DNA from: an uncultured Erysipelotrichaceae bacterium
GTDB lineage: Bacteria; Bacillota_I; Bacilli_A; RFN20; DUOF01
DNA: 64,000 nucleotides
Direction of reading: 5' to 3'
NCBI GenBank assembly: GCA_964442785.1
Contig: CAYTZW010000002.1
Coordinates: forward strand, 2,457 to 66,456
Both the position numbers and the translations under genes were made by a program. Below are positions 41,820 through 51,386 of this stretch, in pieces. The notes under the pieces were generated by a model, which was given only the letters and a program-made list of their open reading frames with translations, had not been told where the DNA came from and made no database searches. Within the stretch, counting starts at the first letter, position 1, and the number at the start of each line of letters is the position of its first letter.

Positions 41820-42024
41820 TAAAAGTTCTCCTTTTTTGTTTTTATTCTAACAATTTTCGACAGCAAAATCAATTATATATATATATATATATGCAGAACT
41901 AACAAATATTTTGTTTTAATTTACCATTTCAAAGATTTTTTGTTCACTTTTTAATTGAAAATCAAAACTTTCCCATTGATATATATATATATATTAAAAT
42001 TAAATCAAAGGGGAGGAAACTTTT

Positions 42025-42690
42025 ATGAAAAAGAAAAATTTTTTATTAATTTTATTTTTAGGACTTAGTTTAAGTTTATTTGGTGGTTGCAAAATAGGTG
42101 ATAACTTCTTCAATGACGGCAATGATACACCAACAGTTTCTGAAAAAGATCAAAAATATGATGTCTATCTAATGGCAGTTGAAGAAGGATTAACTTCTTT
42201 AACATATGAAGATTGGCTAGATACCATTAAAGGAGAAATTGGACCTGAGGGTCCTGCTGGTAAGAAATTATTACTAAATATAAGTTCTACACATATTCAA
42301 TATAAATATGAAGGTGACCTTACGTGGACAAATTTAATTTCATTAAATAAGTTAAAAGGCGAAGATGGCACTGATGGCAGAGAAGTTAAATTTTGTACGA
42401 CAGACACTGCTATACGATGGAAATATGAAGATTATAATTACATTAAAAAATGTGACGAATGGAATTTTCTAATATCTTTCAATGAACTTAAAGGTGAAGC
42501 CGGTAAAGACGGTAAAGATGGTGCAACTTGGCATACTGGAGAAGGAGAACCCCTCTACAATCCAAATATACATAATGACGGTGATTTATACCTAGATAGT
42601 AAAACCGGTATTATTTATGAATGCAACGTCGTTTATTGGACAAAAGTAATTGATTTAACTGAAATAAAAAAAGAAAAAAATAACTGTTAA
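42025..42690 (+). CDS. Lipoprotein with collagen-like G-x-y triplet motifs; apparent 5' fragment of a larger surface-protein gene
   Basis: AAAGGGGAGG RBS. Lipobox LFGGC. Three repeats of the LKGExGxDG type (GEIGPEGPAG, GEDGTDG, GEAGKDGKDG). Ends in a poly-A tract. Confidence 0.55.
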   Translation: MKKKNFLLILFLGLSLSLFGGCKIGDNFFNDGNDTPTVSEKDQKYDVYLMAVEEGLTSLTYEDWLDTIKGEIGPEGPAGKKLLLNISSTHIQYKYEGDLTWTNLISLNKLKGEDGTDGREVKFCTTDTAIRWKYEDYNYIKKCDEWNFLISFNELKGEAGKDGKDGATWHTGEGEPLYNPNIHNDGDLYLDSKTGIIYECNVVYWTKVIDLTEIKKEKNNC

Positions 42691-43219
42691 TTTTGATACC
42701 AATTTACCCGCATATATGTATGAATTTGATGATTATATTGAAAATAATGAAAATTTGAAAGAAACAACTATTGATAAAGGTTCTTGGCTACAATTAGAAA
42801 CTTTTAAAAATACTAAACTGAAAGAATATTTTTTAGGTTGGTACATTGGTGAAGGTGTGGATGAAACAAAAATTACTAGCTATACTAGCATCAACGAAGA
42901 TTGCACATTAACAGCAAAATGGGATTATGAAAAGATTGATGAAACTTACACTAGTCTCGGAGTAGAAATGTATTCAAATATTTATGATGCTTATGCAAAA
43001 CTAACTTCTAGTTGTGGTGATGTTGTTCATATTGCTAAGACTTATAAAGAAGTACCTATAACATATGTGAGGGATTTTGCTGCTGCTACAAGCACCTCTG
43101 AAATATTACTTCCAGGTTCTGCTAGTGCCTTAATATTCCCTAAAGAAAGTATTAATGAAAGTAATATTGATTTAACTCTTACCTATCTATCTAAAATAAA
43201 AAAAATACTAGCCTTTTAA
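42668..43219 (+). pseudogene. Flg_new (Listeria-Bacteroides repeat) domain segment, out of frame with the upstream lipoprotein ORF
   Basis: The frame opens inside AAAAAAAGAAAAAAA at the end of the 42025 ORF. TVNFDTN...FLGWYIGEG...CTLTAKW is a Flg_new repeat. The track ORF 42716-43219 is part of it. Confidence 0.5.
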
Positions 43220-43716
43220 AAGTTTCGTGGTACGGAGAAATAACAGCAGATACCATTGGTTTTGGAGCATTTTATAATTGTACTGCTTTAACTGATATCG
43301 ATATTCCTGAAACGATTACAGAGATTGGAGATTATGCTTTCTATAACTGTACAAGTTTGAAACGGTTATTATTTAAAAACGTAGAAACTATAGGTGATTA
43401 TGCTTTCTATAATTGTTCAGCATTAAAAGGTTATGGGATGGTTTTTTGGATTTTTGAATCTTTAAAAAGTATAGGTGATCATGCTTTTGAAGGTTGTACT
43501 TCTTTAAAATCAATTGACATTAATTCAGATGAAATTGCAAATTTAGAAGATAATAACAGTTACTTATTTAGTTATGCAAATACAATTTATATTAAACGTT
43601 CTATTACTACTGAAACTACAGCTTACTTAGATGAAACCCAAGGACATTTTACTGGAGATAGAAAAACTGATAACTTCAATTCGCATTATAAGATAACCAA
43701 AGTAAAAGAAAACTAA
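43192..43716 (+). pseudogene. BspA-type leucine-rich-repeat (LRR_5) segment, out of frame with the preceding piece
   Basis: The frame opens at the A8 tract. Repeats read IGFGAFYNCTALTDIDIPETITEIGDYAFYNCTSLKRL.. and ..IGDHAFEGCTSLKSIDI. The track ORF 43357-43716 is the 3' part. Confidence 0.5.
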
Positions 43717-43871
43717 TTACTATTTTTTCTAAAAAGAAAAGTAGACTATTGACAAAACAATTTTTGTTAATAGTCTTTTTATTTATAAAAAATATCCTAA
43801 CAAAAGAAAAACTTGCTTATCATTTGTTAAATAATTTGACTTATGCTTCTTACATTTTCAATAGTTATCTA

Positions 43872-44705
43872 TTATCTATTCTTAATATTGCAATGTTGTT
43901 GCATTGATATTTCACACATTACAATCGTCGTAGAAACACTTACATTCAAAGAATCACAGTTTCCCAACATTGGAATGGATATTAGTTTAGTATCTTGAGA
44001 GTACCACCCTCGATTAATACCATATCTTTCATTTCCTGCCACAAAAGCAACATTACCTTGATAATTTTCTTGATAATATCTTTTTGTCGCTCTAGTATCA
44101 GTCAAATAAGTAACAAATTTATGTTCTTGTAACCACTTTTGACATTCCACCATATCATTCCATTCAATAATAGGAACAAAGAAACAACCACCCATAGCAC
44201 TCTTTATTGTTTTAATACTATTGATTTTAGCTCTTTTGTTGGTAATAAAAATAGCATCTACTCCAAATCCTTCAGCAGCCCTTATAACCGTTCCTATATT
44301 ACCAGAAGTTTCTAATCCGTCTAAAATTACAATTTGATTATTTTCCTTCTTTAACAACTTTTCCAAATCCCAAGAAGGAAATTTTCCCATAACCATAACT
44401 CCGTCAGGTCCGTCAAAAGTAGAAATTTTATCAAATACTTTCTTAGAAACTGAAATAAGTTCTATTTCTCTTTCAAATAATTGTTCCAAAACTTCACAAG
44501 TTTTCTCATTATTTAAGTATTCTTCACAATATAAAATACTAATTATTTTAATCTCACTTTTAGTCAAATAATCTAAGCACCAAACTCCCTCAACAACAAA
44601 AGTATCGTTGCTTTTTTCTTTACCATTTATCATTTCCTGAAACATTTTAACCTTTTCATTAGAATGACCAGCAACAACTATTCTATCTTTAAACTTTTCA
44701 AACAT
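43872..44705 (-). CDS. TrmH/SpoU family RNA 2'-O-methyltransferase
   Basis: LETSGNIGTVIRAAEGFGVD, VAGNERYGI and GNCDSLNVSVSTTIVMCE. Confidence 0.7.
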   Translation of the reverse strand: MFEKFKDRIVVAGHSNEKVKMFQEMINGKEKSNDTFVVEGVWCLDYLTKSEIKIISILYCEEYLNNEKTCEVLEQLFEREIELISVSKKVFDKISTFDGPDGVMVMGKFPSWDLEKLLKKENNQIVILDGLETSGNIGTVIRAAEGFGVDAIFITNKRAKINSIKTIKSAMGGCFFVPIIEWNDMVECQKWLQEHKFVTYLTDTRATKRYYQENYQGNVAFVAGNERYGINRGWYSQDTKLISIPMLGNCDSLNVSVSTTIVMCEISMQQHCNIKNR

Positions 44706-44706
44706 T

Positions 44707-45381
44707 TTACATTCCTCCTTTTATCAAAAACAATATTGCAATATGCAAAGGATAATAAGCATAAAAAGCATATTTCCATTTAGGGTGATACAATCCTCTT
44801 TCTCCATTATAAAGATATATTAAAACAATCGGTAAAAGAAGAAAATAGCCTTCTTCTAAATACATATTAAAAATGGAAAACCTTTGTAAATAAACCGCTA
44901 AAATAGTCCAAACAAAATAGACAACAAGGCTTAATTCAATATTAGAATAAAATAGATAAAAAATCAAAATAGTTATTAATCCAAAGATTTTATATTGAGT
45001 TAAACTATATTCGGACATTGTCGATACTAATATTAAAACTAACAATATTTGAGCAAAAACATTTTTCTTATATAACAAGAAACAACATAAAGCTCCTAAT
45101 CCTAAATCTATAAAAGCATTAGGTACTAAACTTTTATTTATCAAGGAAGCTACTAGACTAAAAAGCAAACCACAGCCTAGTAATATGGAAATGTATTTAC
45201 ACTTATTTTTACTATATTGCATAGTTATGGCGGTTAAAAAAGCAAACAAAGGTAAAGCAATTCTTCCAATAATTCTAAAAAGGCGAATTTCAGGAAAAAG
45301 AAAATACCCAATATGGTCTATAGTCATTGCGATTAAGGCAATTATTTTCAAAGAGAAAGAACTAAATATTTTTTTCATCAC
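44707..45381 (-). CDS. TraX-family membrane protein
   Basis: The N-terminus LKIIALIAMTIDHIGYF is typical of the TraX family; polytopic. Confidence 0.5.
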   Translation of the reverse strand: MMKKIFSSFSLKIIALIAMTIDHIGYFLFPEIRLFRIIGRIALPLFAFLTAITMQYSKNKCKYISILLGCGLLFSLVASLINKSLVPNAFIDLGLGALCCFLLYKKNVFAQILLVLILVSTMSEYSLTQYKIFGLITILIFYLFYSNIELSLVVYFVWTILAVYLQRFSIFNMYLEEGYFLLLPIVLIYLYNGERGLYHPKWKYAFYAYYPLHIAILFLIKGGM

Positions 45382-45434
45382 AAAACCTCTTACATATTAT
45401 ACAACATTATTTTTCTACCACAAAATTATTTATT

Positions 45435-46310
45435 ATGATAAAATATCTAAGAGGTGGATTTATGAGTAGAATTGCAATAAGCTGTGATAGTACTTGCTCT
45501 ATTGATAGAAGTGAGGCTTTAAAAGAAGGAATATATATTTTACCTTTAAATGTTATTGTCGATGATATTGAATATCACGACGGTATCGATATTGACCAAA
45601 AGAAGTTAGCTCCAATGATGCGAAATGGTTCAATAATAAAAACTTCTACTCCAACACTAGGAGAATTAAAAAATTATTTTGATAACATATTTGAGCAAAG
45701 ATACGACCATATCATTCATATTTGTATTTCCAGCAAATTAACAAGTATTTACAATATGACTACCAAATTTTGTCAAGAAAACTATGGTGATAAAGTAACC
45801 GTAATTGACAGTTTAAACGTTTGTAGTTTTATGGGAAACTTAGTTAGATACGCTAATGAATTAGCCAAAAAAGAGTATAATGTACCAGAAATAGTTAAAG
45901 GAGTAACCAGCAGAATTCAAGAAACCGAAATCTACTTTTGTCCAGAAACTTTAACCTACTTAAAAAAAGGTGGTCGTATAAGTCCTGCTATTGCTTTATT
46001 AGGTAATTTAATTGGAATTAAGCCAATTCTAAAATTTGTCAATGGAGGACTTGAAAAAGAAGGAACAACTCACGTAGTAAAAAAAGAATGCGAAAAAATC
46101 CTTAAACATTTAAAAGAAAAAAATTACGATACTAACCTTTATGAACTGCATATTTTATCATTTGATTGTCCTGAATTAGAAGAATATGTCTTCCAAAAAA
46201 CAATGGAAATATTACCTTGTATTGAAATAAAAAGAACTGTCTTATCCATAAATGTTTGTGCCCACGCAGGACCAGGTACTATTGGAATAGGAATTTGTTT
46301 AAAAATATAA
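45435..46310 (+). CDS. DegV family fatty-acid-binding protein
   Basis: IAISCDSTCSI...GIYILPLNVIVDD... is DegV-like. Confidence 0.7.
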   Translation: MIKYLRGGFMSRIAISCDSTCSIDRSEALKEGIYILPLNVIVDDIEYHDGIDIDQKKLAPMMRNGSIIKTSTPTLGELKNYFDNIFEQRYDHIIHICISSKLTSIYNMTTKFCQENYGDKVTVIDSLNVCSFMGNLVRYANELAKKEYNVPEIVKGVTSRIQETEIYFCPETLTYLKKGGRISPAIALLGNLIGIKPILKFVNGGLEKEGTTHVVKKECEKILKHLKEKNYDTNLYELHILSFDCPELEEYVFQKTMEILPCIEIKRTVLSINVCAHAGPGTIGIGICLKI

Positions 46311-46380
46311 TATTTAATAAAAAAGTTACCTTGAACCACCCAACTTTTTGGGTTTTCATCAAAAGGTAACTTTTTTTTAA

Positions 46381-47187
46381 TTAAGACAATAAATCTTCAA
46401 AAGTTTCTCCTATTGTATCTTCAATACTAGCAATACTAACATAGCTAATACCAACAATTTCTCCTGGATATTCTAAAATATATTTTCCAACAGGATAAGA
46501 AAAATTCAAAGTAAATAAATCTGAAGATATCATTTTAATGGAATAATCTTTACTAATAACAACTTTTAAATTTTCTTCTGTTTCTATATTAATAATGTAT
46601 TCATAATTATCGATAATAAATGATGTTTCTCCTAAATTTAATAAATAATCTAAAAAATATAAAAGATAATTTTCTCTATTAAATATTTGGACATAATCTT
46701 CACTTGTTAAGTTTTCTAACATTGTTAAATCAAGAGAATTAACAAATAAAGGTAAATATAATAATAAATCATCAACGTATTCTTTAATTCCTAATTTCAA
46801 ATCACTATCTATTCCCATATCTTTCAAAGGAACTTTAAAATAAAGATTTTTATTTCTCAAATTCAATTTTAAATTATAGAAATCTATTTTATTAAATTCT
46901 AAACTAAAGGAACTATTTTTAATGGTATCTCTATTAATCATTTTTAAAGAAATAGTCGAATTATCAATCATCTCTCCATTTATTTCAAAAGCTTGAGTAA
47001 CCATTAATTTCTTTTGAATATTCTCAATTAAAGAATTGGTATTATAAGGTTTGCTATATTCATTACTATCTTTTATAATTTCAACTTCATCTTTAGGATA
47101 AAAAGAAAAATCACAACCAAAAAGAGTAGCACCAGAAAGTGCTATTAGCAAAACTAATACAGATACCCTTTTTAGAATTTTTTTCAT
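46381..47187 (-). CDS. Lipoprotein of unknown function
   Basis: Signal peptide with lipobox LFGCD. Confidence 0.5.
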   Translation of the reverse strand: MKKILKRVSVLVLLIALSGATLFGCDFSFYPKDEVEIIKDSNEYSKPYNTNSLIENIQKKLMVTQAFEINGEMIDNSTISLKMINRDTIKNSSFSLEFNKIDFYNLKLNLRNKNLYFKVPLKDMGIDSDLKLGIKEYVDDLLLYLPLFVNSLDLTMLENLTSEDYVQIFNRENYLLYFLDYLLNLGETSFIIDNYEYIINIETEENLKVVISKDYSIKMISSDLFTLNFSYPVGKYILEYPGEIVGISYVSIASIEDTIGETFEDLLS

Positions 47188-47200
47188 TTTTATACCTCAA

Positions 47201-47530
47201 CTATTTCAAAATATTAATAACGCTTTCTGGAAAGAAGATAACCGCAACAAAGCAAATGATAATAACTAAATAAATAATAAATAAAATACCTGCTCCATTT
47301 TTAGTCTTTCCTACTAAAATTTGACTTAAAGACAAAAGTGATAAAATATATATCCCATATTTACAAATGTAAGAGTACATTTGAGAAAACCATTCTCCTG
47401 TTGGAGTAATTACTACTGAAGAACCAGACAATAGCAAACACTTTTGTAAAGCACTAACTCCTAAAACATAAATAATTATGGCTGCTAATATTCCTGATAA
47501 AATACCACAAATCTTTCCTAAATTATTCAT
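47201..47530 (-). CDS. Small membrane protein
   Basis: 109-aa ORF with 3 TM segments. Confidence 0.4.
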   Translation of the reverse strand: MNNLGKICGILSGILAAIIIYVLGVSALQKCLLLSGSSVVITPTGEWFSQMYSYICKYGIYILSLLSLSQILVGKTKNGAGILFIIYLVIIICFVAVIFFPESVINILK

Positions 47531-47663
47531 AAAAACTTCCTCCCATTAAATATTTGCCAAAATTGTACTTCAAAAAAACAATTTTGTCATAAAGATATCG
47601 TTATTTGTGAATAACTAGGCTACATTATAACTTATTTAGAAAAATTAATAAAGATAACTTTTT

Positions 47664-48128
47664 TTAATCCGTTAAATCAACAAGTTCAAATTTCAACACT
47701 TTTTCTAAACTAGATAAAGAAAGTTCTACTTGATAGCCTATTTTTCCACCACTAAAAATTATTGTATTATAACAACCAGCACTTATATCAATAAAAGTTG
47801 GAAAAGCCTTTTTCATTCCAAGAGGAGAACAACCACCGTGAACATATCCTGTCAAAGAAAGTAAATCTTTCATCTTAATCATCTCAACACTTTTTTCTTT
47901 GACTACTTTAGCAGCTTTTTTTAAATTAAGATTTTTTTCTACAGGTATTAAAAAAACATAATAATGATTACCACCTTTAGTTACCAAAGTTTTAAATACT
48001 TGCAAAGGATTTTGATTTAAAGCCTTAGCGACATCTATTCCACTTATCGCACCACTTTCAAGGTAATTATGACTAATATATTCTATTTTATGCTGGTCTA
48101 AAATTCTCATTACATTTGTTTTTTCCAT
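47664..48128 (-). CDS. ybaK: Cys-tRNA(Pro)/Cys-tRNA(Cys) deacylase YbaK
   Basis: 154 aa; GYVHGGCSPLGMKK is YbaK-like. Confidence 0.7.
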   Translation of the reverse strand: MEKTNVMRILDQHKIEYISHNYLESGAISGIDVAKALNQNPLQVFKTLVTKGGNHYYVFLIPVEKNLNLKKAAKVVKEKSVEMIKMKDLLSLTGYVHGGCSPLGMKKAFPTFIDISAGCYNTIIFSGGKIGYQVELSLSSLEKVLKFELVDLTD

Positions 48129-48208
48129 TTTTTCTTCCTTTTTTCTATTTTTGTGATTAATTTTAACTCATTGCCTTTTTTCTTTCAATTAAATATAATG
48201 TAAAAGAG

Positions 48209-48619
48209 GTGTTTAGTATGAAAGTTTTATCCCTTAAAGAACCTTTTGCAACTTTAATAAAAGAAAAAAAGAAACTTATTGAAACAAGAAGTTGGAAAAC
48301 ATCATATCGAGGAGAATTATACATTCACGCCAGTATCAGTAAAATTGCCACTAACATTAAAGAAAACCAAGAATTAATGGATTTAGTAGGTGATACCCCT
48401 TTTTCCTATGGACACATAATTTGTAAATGTAATTTAATAGATTGTATTTATATGACCAAAGAATTTGTCAATGAAATTAAAAATAATAACCCTCAAGAAT
48501 ATATATGTGGACATTACAAAGAAGGAAGATATGCTTGGATATTAGAGGATATCACTCCTTTAAAAGAACCTATCAAAGCCAAAGGACAATTAAGTATTTG
48601 GAATTATAAAAAAGAATAG
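48209..48619 (+). CDS. ASCH-domain (PUA-like) protein
   Basis: LIETRSWKTSYRGELYIHAS resembles the ASCH core. Confidence 0.5.
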   Translation: MFSMKVLSLKEPFATLIKEKKKLIETRSWKTSYRGELYIHASISKIATNIKENQELMDLVGDTPFSYGHIICKCNLIDCIYMTKEFVNEIKNNNPQEYICGHYKEGRYAWILEDITPLKEPIKAKGQLSIWNYKKE

Positions 48620-48622
48620 TTT

Positions 48623-49528
48623 TTAAAACCATTCTTCCATTTCTTTAGCCATTATCATTTTAACATCTTCTTTTAGAACTTTGAAGTGAGCAGAACCAAC
48701 AAGACCTTCTTCTCCGTCTAAGTTCCAAACTCTTTTTTCTTCAAATTCAATATCACACTCTGGAACGGTGAATTTTTTAATATTTCTATCTTTTAATCTT
48801 ACTATTCCAAATGTGAACATTTTAAGTATTTTAAATAATCCATTTAAAAATGATTTTTTGATTAAAATGACATCAACTTTTCCGTCATTTAATTTAGCGT
48901 TATCATTTAATCTAAAGCCTCCAATAGAGGTTGTATTAGCCACAAAGACATACGAATATTCTCCTTCGTATACTTGATTATCAATAGTAACCTTAATATT
49001 CATTGGCTTGTTTTTAACCTTGAAAACTAAACCTACTCCGTGAGTAAAATACGCTAATTTACCTAAAGCTTTTTTTGAAGAAGATTTTAATCCATAAGAT
49101 ATAGCAGTATAACCTCCAATAGCGGCAACATAAATAAAGTATTTGTCATTTATTTGACATACATCGTGAGTAACCACATCTCCTGTCAAAATTAAATTGA
49201 CACTTTTTTTAACATTTTTAGACATTTTAAGGTTTCTAGCCATATCACAAACAGTTCCACACGGAATATACCCCAAAACTGGAGAATTTGGTTTATTAGC
49301 AACTCCATTAATTACTTCATTAAAAGTTCCGTCTCCCCCACATAAAATCAAATAGTCATATTTACCACAAGCTTCATTAGCAATTTTTGTTGCGTGTCCT
49401 TCATATTGAGTAGGAACAATATCTAAAACAGAAAACTTTTCTCCAAGTTTTGCTTTAATATAATCAAGTTTTTTTGTAAGTTTTTTAGAAGAACCACTAT
49501 TAGGATTATAAATTAATATACATTTCAT
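48623..49528 (-). CDS. Diacylglycerol-kinase-family lipid kinase (DagK/YegS-like), copy 1
   Basis: The GGDGT motif (LILCGGDGTFNEVINGV) and DAGK catalytic-domain layout. Confidence 0.75.
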   Translation of the reverse strand: MKCILIYNPNSGSSKKLTKKLDYIKAKLGEKFSVLDIVPTQYEGHATKIANEACGKYDYLILCGGDGTFNEVINGVANKPNSPVLGYIPCGTVCDMARNLKMSKNVKKSVNLILTGDVVTHDVCQINDKYFIYVAAIGGYTAISYGLKSSSKKALGKLAYFTHGVGLVFKVKNKPMNIKVTIDNQVYEGEYSYVFVANTTSIGGFRLNDNAKLNDGKVDVILIKKSFLNGLFKILKMFTFGIVRLKDRNIKKFTVPECDIEFEEKRVWNLDGEEGLVGSAHFKVLKEDVKMIMAKEMEEWF

Positions 49529-50187
49529 CTTTTTTCACTCTTTTCATCATTAAATTGTAAATATAATTTTATCATTTCATCACAAGCAGAATTAACCAAA
49601 CCATTATTAATATATGCTTGTTGATAGATTTCTAAATATTTTTTATTTTTTCTAACCATATTAAAGATAATACAATTATCATTACCTAACATATTATAAT
49701 TATTATTTGAGTTAATTAAAAGAGCAAAATCATAATTAGACATAAATACTAAAGGTAAATTCTCTTTAAATTCCCATATTTTTTCTACATAATCTGCTTC
49801 ATTTTCAATTATTTTAGTTTCCACTTCTTTATTATCAAGATATTTTTTCAAAATAATTCTTATTAAATATTCTTTATTATCTTCCACTTTTTCTTGTAAA
49901 TGAACATAAACAAAGGAATTATAACTATTTTTATTAGACAATTTCTTTACTTTTTTGAAAGTTTTCATATCAATATAATTAACTTTTAGATAATTCTTTA
50001 AAATCAACAAAAAAGAAAAACCAAGCACTAGTAAAATAAAAGCAAAAATTCCTAAAAAGATATAAAAAACAAATTTCAAATAAAAAAAGGAATACAAAAT
50101 CAAAGTCACTAAAATGATAACAAGCAACATATTAAGAAGTTTTTTCATTATGATTACCTCTTTTCCTAAAATAAAGATACAAAGCAT
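49525..50187 (-). CDS. Membrane protein of unknown function, co-operonic with the lipid kinase
   Basis: ATGA overlap with the kinase start; 2 TM segments. Confidence 0.4.
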   Translation of the reverse strand: MLCIFILGKEVIIMKKLLNMLLVIILVTLILYSFFYLKFVFYIFLGIFAFILLVLGFSFLLILKNYLKVNYIDMKTFKKVKKLSNKNSYNSFVYVHLQEKVEDNKEYLIRIILKKYLDNKEVETKIIENEADYVEKIWEFKENLPLVFMSNYDFALLINSNNNYNMLGNDNCIIFNMVRKNKKYLEIYQQAYINNGLVNSACDEMIKLYLQFNDEKSEKR

Positions 50188-50926
50188 TTAACTTTTCAAT
50201 TTCACTAAAAAAATAATTTCTAACAAAAAACTTATTATAGTTGTCTTCTATATATTGATGAATTTTTGTATCTTTACTAACGAGTATTTTTTTATCATTT
50301 AACATATTATCTAAGGAAATAGAATGTTTCAAAGTCAAATTATAATATTCGGCACTTAAAACAACAACACTTAAAGAACTATATAACTTTTTAAATTCCA
50401 AATAACTTTCATAATCTTTAAATACCAACAATTCATTTTTTAAAACAGCATCATAATCAAAAGCATTAACTCTATTAAATGGTATTAAATAACACTTTTG
50501 AAAAAAATCATTTTCATAAAAATACAAACCAATAGAAGCAATCTTTTTACTTTTAGGAAGATAAACTACTTCCACGATTACATAATCTTTTTCTTTCTTT
50601 GCTTGATATTTTTCAAAATACTCCAATTCAGATTCTTTTTCTTTTAAACTAGTGAATTTAAAAAACAAAAATAAGGTCAAAATGATAAAAAAAATCCAAT
50701 ACGAGAAAGATAACAAAGTATTATTATGACTTAAACCAGTTTGAAAAAAAGCATTAATTAAGCCTATTATCATCACTTCCACCATTAAAAAAGCTAAACT
50801 TCCAAAAAAACCTAATAAAAGTGATAAAAAGAACAAAAAAAGAATCTTTAAAAGTAATTTCATAAATTTCACCAAAAGTATTATAACATTTTCTTTTTTA
50901 AACATAAAGATTTCATATTTTTCCAA
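50132..50926 (-). CDS. Membrane protein of unknown function
   Basis: 264-aa ORF; N-terminal TMs; the true start may be internal. Confidence 0.35.
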   Translation of the reverse strand: MEKYEIFMFKKENVIILLVKFMKLLLKILFLFFLSLLLGFFGSLAFLMVEVMIIGLINAFFQTGLSHNNTLLSFSYWIFFIILTLFLFFKFTSLKEKESELEYFEKYQAKKEKDYVIVEVVYLPKSKKIASIGLYFYENDFFQKCYLIPFNRVNAFDYDAVLKNELLVFKDYESYLEFKKLYSSLSVVVLSAEYYNLTLKHSISLDNMLNDKKILVSKDTKIHQYIEDNYNKFFVRNYFFSEIEKLNALYLYFRKRGNHNEKTS

Positions 50927-50959
50927 AAGAAAAACATAGCCTTTAAGACTATGTTAGCA

Positions 50960-51349
50960 TTATTTTTTTTCTTCTTTTCTTTTATCTATTTTTTTCTTTA
51001 AAGATGTTGCAATCGCAACTCCTTCTCTTTCTTCATCAACTTCTACTTTAAGTTTCCACCTTGCTACTACTGCCATTGTGGTTCTTATAAGAACTAACAA
51101 AGCAACAAATTTTAAATCTTTGATATTTTCAACAATAATCGTTCTTAAAATTTCGCCACATAACAAAACATCTAAACCTAAACAAACAGTTTTTCCTAAA
51201 GTGATATTTTCATTTTTTTGGTTAAAAAGATGATACACTGCAATTACTAAACCTATTAAAATGACAATTACTCCTAAAATATCAATTATACCAATTACCC
51301 AAGGTAAAATATCAACTAAAAATTCTTCGATCGCATTACTTAAAAACAT
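50960..51349 (-). CDS. Small membrane protein (DUF1622-like)
   Basis: 129 aa, 3 TM, charged C-terminus. Confidence 0.35.
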   Translation of the reverse strand: MFLSNAIEEFLVDILPWVIGIIDILGVIVILIGLVIAVYHLFNQKNENITLGKTVCLGLDVLLCGEILRTIIVENIKDLKFVALLVLIRTTMAVVARWKLKVEVDEEREGVAIATSLKKKIDKRKEEKK

Positions 51350-51386
51350 AATATGTCCTCCTGATTTGTTTTATTGTACCATAAAT

